The notes under the pieces are model-generated. The model did not search any database, had not been told where the DNA came from, and saw only the letters and a program-made list of their open reading frames with translations. This document shows, piece after piece, positions 1 through 9,776 of a DNA stretch of 19,686 bases. The number at the start of each line of letters is the position of its first letter. Within the stretch, counting starts at the first letter, position 1. This stretch comes from an uncultured Chloroflexia bacterium (GTDB lineage Bacteria > Chloroflexota > Anaerolineae > B4-G1 > SLSP01), in contig CAVVUS010000042.1 in the NCBI GenBank assembly GCA_963751345.1, positions 1-19,686 of the forward strand. The letters run 5' to 3'. A program made the translations under genes and the position numbers.

Positions 1-2032
1 GGGCAACGGCTGGTACGGGGCGCCCAAGCTGCTGCTCCAGCTCAGGATCGACTACACCGACGACACGTCGGTCCTCGTCACCACCCCCGACGGATGGCGC
101 GCGGCGACCGGCCCTATCCTGGAGAACTCGATCTACGACGGCGAGGTCTATGACGCGCGCCACGAGATCGACGGCTGGGACTTGCCGAACGTACAGCCGG
201 GGGGCCAGTGGTCCACGGCGATGGCTACGGAGGGCCCCGGCGGGCAGCTCGTGGCCTGCCCGCTGCCCCCCATCCGGGTCACCCAGATCATCACCGCGGT
301 CGGTCTGACCGAGCCAAAGCCCGGCATCTTCGTCTACGATATGGGCCAGAACTTCGCAGGCTGGGCTCGCCTCTACGTCCGCGGGCCTCGCGGGACCACG
401 GTGACGCTGCGGTTCGCGGAGTCGCTCTATCCGGACGGACCGTCAACCAGGAGAACCTGCGCCACGCCGCCGCGAGGGACATCTACATCCTGAAAGGCGA
501 GGGCCTGGAGGTGTGGGAGCCCCGTTTCACCTACCACGGCTTTCGCTACGTCCAGGTCGAGGGCTACCCGGGGATTCCCGACCTGGGATCGCTGCTCGGA
601 TGCGTGGTGCGGTCCGACACGGCGCCAACCGGCGACTTCTCCTGCAGCCGGCACCTGATCAACGATATCCAGCGGCTCGTGTGGTGGACCGAGGTCAGCA
701 ACGAGCCCGGCATCCCCACCGACTGCCCCCAGCGCGACGAACGAATGGGATGGCTCAACGATATGGCCGCGCGCTCCGAACAGATCGTCTACAATTTCGA
801 TGTCGCGCGCTTTCTCGCCAAGTGGGTCGGCGATATCCACGACGCACAGGACCCGGTCTCGGGCGCGATCACCGACACGGCGCCCTACCGGTGGGGCCAC
901 CGCCCCGCCGACCCTGTGAGCATCTGCTACCTGCTGATTCCCTGGCTGCTCTACGAGCACTACGGCGACACGTCCACGATGGCCGAGCACTTACGAGGGT
1001 ATGCGCGCCTGGGTCGACTTCCTGACGACGCGAGCCGAGGACAACGTGGTCAGCTACAGCTACTGGGGGGACTGGGCGCCGCCGATTGACGAGGGGATCC
1101 AGACGCCCTTCGGGCCCGTCGCCCGTCTCCGCCCACACGCCCGGCGCGCTGATGTCCACCGGGATGTACCTCTACGCCGCGCGGCTCCTCTCGCAGATGG
1201 CCACGGTTCTGGGCAACGTGTCGGACGCGGCATCCTATGGCGCCCTGGTCGAGCGCGTCGCGACCGCCTACAACGCGCGTTTCTACGATCCTGCCACCGG
1301 CGGCTACGGCTCCAACAACCAGGCGTGCAATGCCTTCTCGCTCTACCTGGGCATCGTGCCCGAGGAGTGAAAGGCAAAGGTAGTCGAGAACCTGGTTCAT
1401 GACGTGGTCGACCTGCACGATGGGCACCTGACCACGGGGAATCTCTGCACCAAGTATCTGCTGGAGGTCCTCACCGATGCAGGGCGCGCCGACGTCGCCT
1501 ACGGGATCGTCACCCAGGAAAGCTACCCCAGCTGGGGCTATATGCTCGCAAACGGTGCGACGACGTTGTGGGAGCGCTGGGAGCTGGAGACCGGCGGTGG
1601 GATGAACTCGCACAACCACCCGATGCTCGGATCGGTCGGTGCGTGGTTCTACAGGGCGCTTGCAGGGATCACGGTGGACCCGGCGGGCCCCGGCTTTGCC
1701 CGGTTCAGCGTGCGGCCCCACGTGGTGGGTGACCTCATTCAGGCACGGGCATCGCTGCAGACCATCCGCGGTCTCGTGGCGTCGGAGTGGGAGCTCGATG
1801 GCGATCGCCTCACGATGCGTGTGGTCGTGCCCCCCGGAAGCCGGGCACGGTGAGCGTTCCCAAGCTCGGCGAAGCCGCACCCTGCCGGATCGCGGAGAGC
1901 GATAGCTTGATCTGGAATCGAGACAGACAGGTAGGGCAGAATGCCGGCATCCACGACGTGTGGGACGATGGAGATGTAGTGACGTTTGACGTCGGGTCGG
2001 GACACTACGCCTTTGTCCGCGAGCCTGCATGA
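1..2032 (+). CDS. Alpha-L-rhamnosidase (GH78), 5'-truncated by the window edge, broken by 4 frameshifts and 1 in-frame TGA (sequencing error or pseudogene)
   Basis: GH78 motifs continue across frames: GNGWY and NSIYDGEVYDAR (frame from nt 2), YDMGQNFAGW, PRFTYHGFRYVQV, IPTDCPQRDERMGWLND, WGDW, GATTLWERW, MNSHNHPMLG, and C-terminal VGSGHYAF. Frame switches lie near 437, 991, 1115 and 1846, with TGA at 1368-1370. Confidence 0.92.
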
Positions 2033-2047
2033 GATATCGTCAAGCTC

Positions 2048-2104
2048 GTAGGAACGACCTCAGTCGTTCCGGTGCCCATGCGGACCCGATGAATCGGGTA
2101 CCAC
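2048..2104. repeat. Inverted doublet of GTAG-type REP-like palindromes
   Basis: + strand GTA-GGAACGAC-CTCA-GTCGTTCC (2048-2070) and - strand GTGGT-ACCCGA-TTCA-TCGGGT (2104-2084). Each is a GTRG tetranucleotide followed by a hairpin with a YTCA loop. Confidence 0.6.
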
Positions 2105-2135
2105 GGACCGGGGCCGCACGAAGGAATGCTATCGC

Positions 2136-2972
2136 ATGAATGCCGCTTCCCGGGCCGAGACCTGGCACGCATCGACGCTCAATCGCCTGACACATCACCT
2201 GGCGGGCGATCCCGACGTCGTAGCCGTGGCGGTCTACGGCTCCGTGCTTCGACCGCAGGACCTGGACGAGTGGAGTGACATCGACGTGCTGATCGTGCTG
2301 CGTGACGGCGAGACCGCGCGCTTCTTCCCCACGACCGACTGGCTTCAGCCCCTGGGTGAGGTTTTCGCGAAAGAGCGATTCGCCGGGGAGTATGCCAGTA
2401 CCACCCGCGTATGCTTTGAGGATCTGCGCAAGCTGGATCTCACGTTCACGACCGAATCCGACCTCCGGATGATCGACCAATGGCCACACGTGGCATTTGC
2501 CCACGGGCTGCGGGTACTCTTCTCGCGATCGACCGATGTATCGGAGCGCTTGGCCGGCCGGTTTCCGTCGGCACCGTTCACGCCGCCCACCGACCGGGTC
2601 TTCGCGGAGATGGTCGACGGCTTCTGGTTCAGGGCGATGGTCGCCGTCGCCAAGGTGGCACGCAACGACCTCGTCATTGCCCTGCACCTGGCGTTGGGGC
2701 TGCTGCAGGACGGCTGTGTGCTGACGATGATGCTGCGGGACCGGGTGGAGGGGACCAACGTGCACCGGACCGGCGGCATGAGCAACGAGATCGTCGCCTC
2801 CTTCGCCGGCACGGCACAGCCACCCACCGCCGAGGGGATATTGGAACTGATACGTGCAAGCGGTACGATCTTCGACCGGCTGGCAGCACGTTGGTCTGAC
2901 GACTATCGGGCGAAGATGGGTCCGCTGCAGGAGGCCGTCGAGCGGGCCTACGACGCCATCGACCATCATTAG
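2136..2972 (+). CDS. Pol-beta-type nucleotidyltransferase, aminoglycoside 6-adenylyltransferase/lincosamide NTase-like
   Basis: YGSV..DEWSDIDV (GS plus DxD), third acidic strand KLDL, and a helical C-terminal half (DGFWF..AVAKVARND). 278 aa, AAGGAA upstream. Confidence 0.8.
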   Translation: MNAASRAETWHASTLNRLTHHLAGDPDVVAVAVYGSVLRPQDLDEWSDIDVLIVLRDGETARFFPTTDWLQPLGEVFAKERFAGEYASTTRVCFEDLRKLDLTFTTESDLRMIDQWPHVAFAHGLRVLFSRSTDVSERLAGRFPSAPFTPPTDRVFAEMVDGFWFRAMVAVAKVARNDLVIALHLALGLLQDGCVLTMMLRDRVEGTNVHRTGGMSNEIVASFAGTAQPPTAEGILELIRASGTIFDRLAARWSDDYRAKMGPLQEAVERAYDAIDHH

Positions 2973-2990
2973 CCTACAGGAGAGAGCCAC

Positions 2991-3863
2991 GTGGATGATC
3001 TGAAGAACTGGGTGGAGGAGCAGATCGAGGATGCCGTCCGCTGCTTTGAGGCCGACGTTGATATCCGCACGTCGTGGCGCACGCCGCTGGTGGCCTACGC
3101 CAGTGCACACGACCCCATCTTCCGCGAACTGAAAACGGTCATCTCCCCAAGCCACCTGACGCCGCGCGAGCTGCTGCCGGGGGCCGAGACGGTCATCGTC
3201 TACTTTGTGCCCTTTGCCGAGCGCATCGCGCGCAGCAATCGCCCCGGAGCCGGGGCCGCTCACACGTGGGCGGTGGCCTACGTGGAGACCAACCGGCTCC
3301 TGGAGGCAATCAACCAGCGGGTGGCAAGGGCCTTGGAGCTGGTGGGCTATGGAGCTACCGTGCTCCCGCCAACCCACAACTTCGATGAGCAGCGGCTCAT
3401 CAGCGACTGGAGCCATAAGCACGTGGCCTATGTCGCCGGGCTGGGCACCTTCGGGCTCCATCACATGCTCATCACCGAGCAAGGGTGCTGTGGGCGCCTC
3501 GGTAGCCTGGTGACGAATGCCCGCATCACATCGACCCCGCGCAAGTCCACCGAGGCGTGCCTGGCCAAGACGGACGGTTCCTGCAAGGTCTGCGTTGAGC
3601 GCTGTCCGGCAGGGGCCCTGAGCACCGAGGAGTTCGATCGCCGGGCGTGCTATGGCGTCTGTCTGGATAACGCGGCACGGTTCGAGGATGTGGGCCTTGC
3701 AGACGTCTGCGGAAAGTGCGTCAGCGTCGTTCCCTGTTCGTTCACGGACCCGGTTGCCAGGACAGCGGCGATGCTTTCGCCTACGCCGGCACGTACGCTG
3801 CCGGCGTCGCCAACTGAGGGAAAGCGGCGGATGCGTGGAATCTGGCGTAGGCCGGGCCGGTAA
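2991..3863 (+). CDS. Epoxyqueuosine reductase (QueG)-like / reductive-dehalogenase-fold 4Fe-4S protein
   Basis: WSHKHVAYVAGLGTFG (corrinoid-binding region of the QueG/RdhA fold), GRLGSLVT, C-x7-CKVCVERCP, C-x3-C and CGKC-x5-C. RBS AGGAGA precedes the GTG. Confidence 0.8.
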   Translation: MDDLKNWVEEQIEDAVRCFEADVDIRTSWRTPLVAYASAHDPIFRELKTVISPSHLTPRELLPGAETVIVYFVPFAERIARSNRPGAGAAHTWAVAYVETNRLLEAINQRVARALELVGYGATVLPPTHNFDEQRLISDWSHKHVAYVAGLGTFGLHHMLITEQGCCGRLGSLVTNARITSTPRKSTEACLAKTDGSCKVCVERCPAGALSTEEFDRRACYGVCLDNAARFEDVGLADVCGKCVSVVPCSFTDPVARTAAMLSPTPARTLPASPTEGKRRMRGIWRRPGR

Positions 3864-3900
3864 CCCGGATGGAGGTTGAGAAACCGAAAGGGAGGGAGGG

Positions 3901-4716
3901 ATGGCAGCAAGAGCGGATAGTACGTTTGATTCATTGGAGTTTTCCGTCGACGTAATGCCGGTGTTGTTCGTCGGCCATGGCTCGCCGATGAATGCCATCG
4001 AGGACAACAACTTCAGTCGGGCGTGGCAGGCGCTCGGCGAGCGTCTCCCCAAGCCACGCGCGATCCTGTCGGTCTCCGCGCACTGGCTGACCCGCGGTAC
4101 GGGAATCACAGCAATGGACGCGCCACCCACAATTCACGACTTCTGGGGCTTCCCGCGCCGGCTCCACGAGTACCACTATCCCGCCCCGGGTGATCCGGCC
4201 CTCGCGCGGACCATTGCCGGTGCCATCACCACTGTGCCCGTGATCCCGGATGACCACTGGGGGCTGGACCACGGCACTTGGTTGGTGTTGGCGAATATGT
4301 ACCCCGCGGCCGATATCCCCGTCCTCCAGTTGAGCATCGACCAGACGCGGCCCACCTCGTTTCACTACGCCCTGGGCAAGGAGCTTGCCGCGCTCCGAGA
4401 CGATGGCGTGCTGGTCATGGGCAGCGGCAACATCGTCCACAACCTTGGACGGGCTGATCCGGCCGCAAGCGGCGCCGCACCGTGGGCGACGGCCTTCGAC
4501 GCAAAAGTCGCCGAACTACTGGAGGCAGGTGACGACGAGCACCTGATCGAGTACGAAGGGCTTGGGGAGATCGCGCGGATGTCGGTGCCGACCAACGATC
4601 ATTATCTACCCCTGATGTATGTGATCGGCGCACGCCTGCCCGAGGATCGCCTGACCTTCTTCTCCACCGACATCGTCTTCGGCACGGTGTCGATGCGCTG
4701 CGCGATCTTCCATTGA
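3901..4716 (+). CDS. ygiD: 4,5-DOPA extradiol dioxygenase (LigB family)
   Basis: MPVLFVGHGSPMNAIE, SAHW, IHDFWGFP, WGLDHGTW, GSGNIVHNL and PTNDHYLPL. RBS GGAGGGAGGG; alternative start at 3955. Confidence 0.92.
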   Translation: MAARADSTFDSLEFSVDVMPVLFVGHGSPMNAIEDNNFSRAWQALGERLPKPRAILSVSAHWLTRGTGITAMDAPPTIHDFWGFPRRLHEYHYPAPGDPALARTIAGAITTVPVIPDDHWGLDHGTWLVLANMYPAADIPVLQLSIDQTRPTSFHYALGKELAALRDDGVLVMGSGNIVHNLGRADPAASGAAPWATAFDAKVAELLEAGDDEHLIEYEGLGEIARMSVPTNDHYLPLMYVIGARLPEDRLTFFSTDIVFGTVSMRCAIFH

Positions 4717-4721
4717 CCACC

Positions 4722-6748
4722 ATGAGCCGATCGATCGACAAAGCCGTTGTCTCGTTCCGCATCGGGACGCCGCTATGGATGCCCGAGGTGCGTTTCCTCG
4801 AGGTGCTGGACTTGTTGGGCCGGCATCCGGGTGTGACGGACGAACTCGCGTTCTTCACTTCCGAGACACACCCGCCCTTGCCCCTACCGTCATCCGGGAA
4901 CGGACGGAAGTGGTGGGCAAACGGATGGGCGAGGCGCGGCGCAGGCTACCGCGCGGGGATCAACGTCCTGGCCACGATCGGCCATCACAACGAGAACCTG
5001 CCCCACTCGCTCGGCGGCGACTTCACGCGGATGACCGCACCCGACGGGCAGATCTGCCTGGGTTCGTATTGTCCGAACGACGAGCGCTTCAGGCAAGCGT
5101 ACGTCGCTCCCCTCTACACGATGGTCGCGGAAGCTGAGCCGGACTTCATCTGGATCGACGACGACGTCAGGCTTCTGGGACACATGCCCATCCCCGCCGG
5201 CTGTTTCTGCGACCGGTGCCTGGCGCTGTTCGCCGAGGAAAGCGGCGGTACGTACTCGCGGGCGGCTCTGTGGCAGGCCCTGAACCGGTCGCCATTGGAC
5301 GAGAAGCTGGCAGTGCGGCGCGCGTGGCTCGATCACAACCGCAGGACGCTGACCCGGCTCTTCGAGCTCATCGAGACGACGGTTCACGCCGTCCGACCCG
5401 ACCTGCCCCTGGGCTTTATGACCGGCGACCGCTTCTACGAGGGCTACGACTTCGCCTCGTGGGCGGAGGCGCTGGCGGGGCCGCAGCACGTCGAGGTGAT
5501 GTGGCGCCCCGGCGGTGGGTTCTACTCGGACGAGGAGCTCGACGGCCTGGTGGACAAGTCCCACGACATCGGGCGCCAGGTGTCGGGGCTGCCCACATGC
5601 CGTGGTCTCGATTCAGTCCGAGATCGAGAACTTCCCCTACCAGCGGCTGAAGAAGGCCGCGCACACGACGGCCCTTGAGGCGGCCTCGCACATCGCCGCC
5701 GGATGCACAGGCGCGGCGTTCAACGTGCTATCGATGTATGACGAGCCGCTGAATGAGTATGAGCCGCTCGTCGCCGTCCTCAAACAGGCCCGCCCATTCC
5801 TCGATCTGATGGCTCGCACCTTGGGTCGATCGAGCCCGACGGGGGTCTACACCGGCTGGACCGGGGACAGCTATATTGCTCACGGCGCGGGGTCCGACTG
5901 GTTTCGCGGCGGCATCACGAGCGCGCCCGGCCCACGAGATCCTCCAGTTGGGCTTACCCGCCGCCTACGGCCTCGAGCACGCCTCGGTCACGGTGCTCGC
6001 GGGCGATCTCCCGCTGGCCCTTTCCGACGCCGAGATCCGCCGGATCCTCTCCTCGGGCGTCTATCTGGATCCCCAGGCCCTGACCCGTCTGAATGAGATG
6101 GGGTACGGCGCGCTGACCGGCTTCCAGGTCCAGCGCTTCGTCCGAGAGGATGCGATCGAGCAGTTCTGCGACCATCCGCTCAACGGCACCTACGCGGGCC
6201 GGCTGCGAGACTGCCGCCAATCCTTTCTCGGCTGGCTGGTTCCCGCGGCGGTCCTCCAGGCGACGGATGGGGCCGCGCAGCCGCTCTCACGCATCGTCGA
6301 CTACGCCGGGAAGGAGGTCGCGCCCTGCTGCAGCGGCACCTACAGCAACAGCCTCGGAGGGCGGGTCTGCGTCGCGGGCTACTACCCGTGGACCTATCTT
6401 CAGAGCCTCTCAAAGGCGCAGCAGATCAAGGCCATCTTCCGCTGGCTCTCGGGGGACACCCTCGACGCGTATGTGAGCTCCTTCCATAGGACCAACCTGT
6501 GGGTCCGGCGTCCCGGTACCGGACAGCTCGCGGTGGCACTTCTCAACGCCAGCCTCGACCCCGCAGAGGATGTCGAGTTGCTGCTGCGAACGGAGGCCGG
6601 CAGCGCCTCCGTCTACGATATGCTGTGCGGCGAATTCCACGTGCACAGCTCGGGGTCTCTCGCTGCAACCTACCGGCGGTTCATCCTCCCCCGCATCCCG
6701 CCGTGGCACATGCACCTCGTCGTCGCGGAGGTCCAGCCGAACGGCTAG
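4722..6748 (+). CDS. Uncharacterised glycoside-hydrolase-like (TIM barrel plus GH42-like C-terminal region) protein of ~675 aa, frameshifted
   Basis: One coding signal over three ORFs (4713-5678, 5515-6096, 5876-6748) with switches near 5598 and 5925, and an apparent compensating pair at ~4886/~4941. Motifs TIGH, CPND, IWIDDDVRL, CFCDRC, WRPGGGFY and SEIENFPY. Confidence 0.6.
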
Positions 6749-7672
6749 CCGAGCGCCTGCAGCAGCGCCCGGAGATAGCCGATGTCGAACGCAGCGCCCT
6801 TGTGACGCCATTCAGTGTCGTCGGTCATCTCGGGCGCGGGGATCGGGCAGAGCGTGCCCTTGAACCCAACGCCGCGGTAGGCCTGCAGCGCCGCCACGAG
6901 AGCGGCCCTGTCCTCGTCCAGATAGTGCTCCTCAGCGCCGCCATCGACGTGACGCAGGTTGCGTATGCGAACGGCGAAGATCGCCTCCCGCCGCCCGAAG
7001 TGCTGAATCGGCTCCGTGCCCCCCGGGTCGGTCGGCGCCGCGAGCACCTGTGTCACAAAGCCATGGTCGAGGTCGAGTCCGTGGCTTGAGCTTCCCGCTG
7101 TCTCGAGAAGGCGATCCAGTTCGGCCACGCTGTCGAGGATGCGCGACGCTTCGGGCAGCGACGCAATGGCAAGATCCGTCCGGTAGACAAGACGCACGCC
7201 GCCATCCCGGGCCACGGGCATGACACGCGTGAGGAACCGAGTCAGGGCTTCCCACTGACGCTCGCGGGCCTCTCCGCTCCCGGTTGGGTTCCCGTCGCGC
7301 ACCGAATGAACTGTCGCTCACAGATTGACCGCGTCCCGGATGCTTGGCCGCGGCCGACTCCAGGCCTGGCACTGGCCAGCGATAGCCCAAGGCCGCGATG
7401 CCCGCCTTTCCGGCGCCGGCGATGATTCCGCAGATCCGGTCCAGGGCCGCTTCGCCGGCGGATCTCCCCGACAGCGCCTCGGCGAGCAAGGGCGTCGGCA
7501 AACAGCCAAGGGAGGCCAGCGTCAGCCCCGCTCTCGACACCCGATTGCGCGCTGCGCCCAGAGTGTCAACATCCCAGGAGGGGACGTCGCCCACAATCCA
7601 CGTGACGCCCAACTGCTGGGCATAGAGCAAGTCGGTGTCCTCAAAGGGGTTCAGCGTCAGTGCAAGATGCAT
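6745..7672 (-). CDS. Divergent mannonate dehydratase (UxuA)-like paralogue lacking the metal ligands, with one frameshift near 7304
   Basis: ORF 7672- (AQQLGV, IAGAGKAGI..LGYRW, PGRG) joins ORF 7302-6745 (WEALTRFLTRVMPVA, IQHFGRREAIF, VGFKG, IGYLRALL). The join is colinear with the adjacent UxuA. RBS AAGGAG lies inside the upstream gene end. Confidence 0.75.
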
Positions 7673-7673
7673 G

Positions 7674-8678
7674 TCAGTTCACTCCTTGGGTAGCAAGGAC
7701 ATCGATGGCATCGACCAGGCCCTTGAAGTACCCCACCTGGTAGGCAAAGGTCCGTTCACTGTGGGTATCCCCGACGACCGCCGGGGCGTGGTCGACGCGA
7801 ATGACGCCGTCGAACCCCACGTCCTGATAAGCCCGCACCGCGGCGAGCATGTCGGTGTCGCCCTCATCGGGGAAGACCTCCTCGAAGACGGGCACCTTGC
7901 CGCGCGGGTTTCGGAAGTGAGCGAAGAAGATCTTGCCCTGCCGCCCGAAGTGGCGTATCGCCTCAATCATGTCAACGCCCACCATCGTGGCAATCGTGCC
8001 CTGGCAGAAGCCCAGGCCATTGCACGGGCTCGGAACCGCATCGATGAGGCGCTGCAGTCCTTCCAGGCTCGTCAGAATGCGCGCGACGCCCATGAACGAC
8101 GGAATCGGCGCGTCGTCCGGATGGGCGGCGACCTTCACCCCGGCCTCCTCCGCCGTAGGGATGATACCCTCCAGGAAGTAGGTCAGGTTATCCCACACCT
8201 GTTCTGCGCTCAGCTCGCGGTCGGGGGTATGGATCAGCCCCTCCGGCCCGGGGCGCCAGTCGAGGGCCGCGATCCGCGAGCGCTCGGCGACCTCCCAGTC
8301 GAAGCGTGAGACGCGCGCCCCGCCCCGGCCTACGGGACAATACTCGGTGCGCAGACCGCCCAGCAGCATCCATTGGTACTGCAGGACCGAGATGCCCGCC
8401 TTGCCCATATTGCGGATCGTCTCGCAGACGTGGGCAATCTGCTCGTCGCGTCCCGGCAACCCGAACATCGCCTTGTCATAGTGCGGCGTCGGCAGGTTCT
8501 CGATGACGTCGAACGAGAGCCCGGCAGCCGCGAACTCCTCGCGGGCTTGCCGCAGGTCATCGAACTCCAGGTACCCTTTGGGGTTGGCCGGAAGGGCACT
8601 CACCACATAGTCCAGACCAAGCTGCCGGGCAAATCGCAGGTCTCTCTCCGACCTGCCAAGGCTCAACGCAATCTTCAT
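7674..8678 (-). CDS. uxuA: Mannonate dehydratase (UxuA) family protein
   Basis: IENLP, WDNLTYFLEGIIPTAEEAGVKVAAHPDD, NGLGFCQG, FAHFRN, DEGDTDM, DHAP and GYFKGL. RBS GGAGGT. True substrate is not established. Confidence 0.85.
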   Translation of the reverse strand: MKIALSLGRSERDLRFARQLGLDYVVSALPANPKGYLEFDDLRQAREEFAAAGLSFDVIENLPTPHYDKAMFGLPGRDEQIAHVCETIRNMGKAGISVLQYQWMLLGGLRTEYCPVGRGGARVSRFDWEVAERSRIAALDWRPGPEGLIHTPDRELSAEQVWDNLTYFLEGIIPTAEEAGVKVAAHPDDAPIPSFMGVARILTSLEGLQRLIDAVPSPCNGLGFCQGTIATMVGVDMIEAIRHFGRQGKIFFAHFRNPRGKVPVFEEVFPDEGDTDMLAAVRAYQDVGFDGVIRVDHAPAVVGDTHSERTFAYQVGYFKGLVDAIDVLATQGVN

Positions 8679-8712
8679 CCGATACCTCCCGTCATAGCGT
8701 TAGCGCTACATA

Positions 8713-9630
8713 CTAGCGTCGATGTGCCGCGAAGAACTCCCACATGACGCGCGTGGCGTCAATATCCTGAGTGATGTGGCCGACGATGGCCCTTGGCATC
8801 GACCCACCGCCGGGCCAGGCGTGCCCGCCGCCGTCAATGGTGTAGAAGACGACGTCGGCGTCGCACCCGGCATACGCGACCCCGTGCACGTCGCCGCGCG
8901 CCGGCAGGCTCTGCGGTGCCGCATCGCACCCATTGCGCTGCGCCAGGGCCTCGACCCATTGCGGGATGGCCGGGAAGGGGATCTCGAAGGCGCGCGACGG
9001 CCCACCCTCGAAGGGCACGATCCGGTCTGCTGTGCCGTGGAATATGATCGCGGGCACTGGTCGCGACGGGGTGCATTCATCCCAGGGCAGCAAATAGGCA
9101 CCGGAGACCGATCCGAAGGCAGCGATGCGTTCGGCGAGGTCACACGCTACTGTAAGGCTCATCCCCCCGCCGTTGGATAACCCGTTGGCATAGATTCGGT
9201 CCGGGTCAATACTGTAGCGCGCGGCCAACGTGTCGATCAGGTCAGAGATGAAAGTGACGTCGCGCTTGCCGTCGGCATCTGTGCCCGGCGCACCGCGGGT
9301 GCGCCAGCGAAGCGGAAACCGTGTGCCCATAGGGTAGACCACGATGAAGCCCTGCTCGTCAGCCAGGTCGTTCCAGCGGCTGATGTCGCGCTGGTGAGCA
9401 GGCCACTCCGCGAAGCCGTGGAAGCTGATAACCAGGGGGGTCGGTTCACCGGGTTTGTAGCTTTCGGGCACATACAGGAGATAGCGACGCCGCTCACCTG
9501 ACGAGATGAGCATGCCATTGGTGCGGTTGACCAGCTTGAAGACGCCCACAACAAGGGCCGCCAATGCAAGTGGCAGACCCACTACCAGCAAGAGCACGTA
9601 TAGCAGCGCCTTCTTTAGCGACGATCTCAT
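8713..9630 (-). CDS. PHB-depolymerase-family / LpqC-like serine esterase with N-terminal membrane anchor
   Basis: PLVISFHG, GFIVVYP, nucleophile elbow GLSNGG, FHGTADRIVP and GGGHAWPGG, plus a hydrophobic N-terminus. ATG 9630 follows GGAGG. Confidence 0.88.
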   Translation of the reverse strand: MRSSLKKALLYVLLLVVGLPLALAALVVGVFKLVNRTNGMLISSGERRRYLLYVPESYKPGEPTPLVISFHGFAEWPAHQRDISRWNDLADEQGFIVVYPMGTRFPLRWRTRGAPGTDADGKRDVTFISDLIDTLAARYSIDPDRIYANGLSNGGGMSLTVACDLAERIAAFGSVSGAYLLPWDECTPSRPVPAIIFHGTADRIVPFEGGPSRAFEIPFPAIPQWVEALAQRNGCDAAPQSLPARGDVHGVAYAGCDADVVFYTIDGGGHAWPGGGSMPRAIVGHITQDIDATRVMWEFFAAHRR

Positions 9631-9757
9631 AGGACCTCCATGGCAGACGGGCGTCAAGGTGTATTGTACTCCCACTTACCTGGATAATCAGTTGGCTTCA
9701 CACGCCCGGCTCACCGCAGCCCAATGCGGTAACCTGTGCAAAACCTGATTCATGGTG

Positions 9758-9776
9758 TATTATACTCTTGTAGAAT
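9758..9776. promoter_or_regulatory. Candidate divergent sigma70 -10 elements
   Basis: + strand TATACT 9761-9766 and TAGAAT 9771-9776; - strand TATAAT at 9764-9759. AT-rich patch between divergent genes, with no clear -35. Confidence 0.5.

Noticed and set aside
1368-1370. In-frame TGA in GH78 as selenocysteine or recoding
   Set aside because: Not a Cys-type catalytic position, no evident SECIS hairpin downstream, TGA is used as a normal stop elsewhere in the window, and the gene has other errors.
2040-4130. 696-aa minus-strand ORF
   Set aside because: Antisense shadow of three well-supported + strand genes; no motifs, and expected in high-GC DNA.
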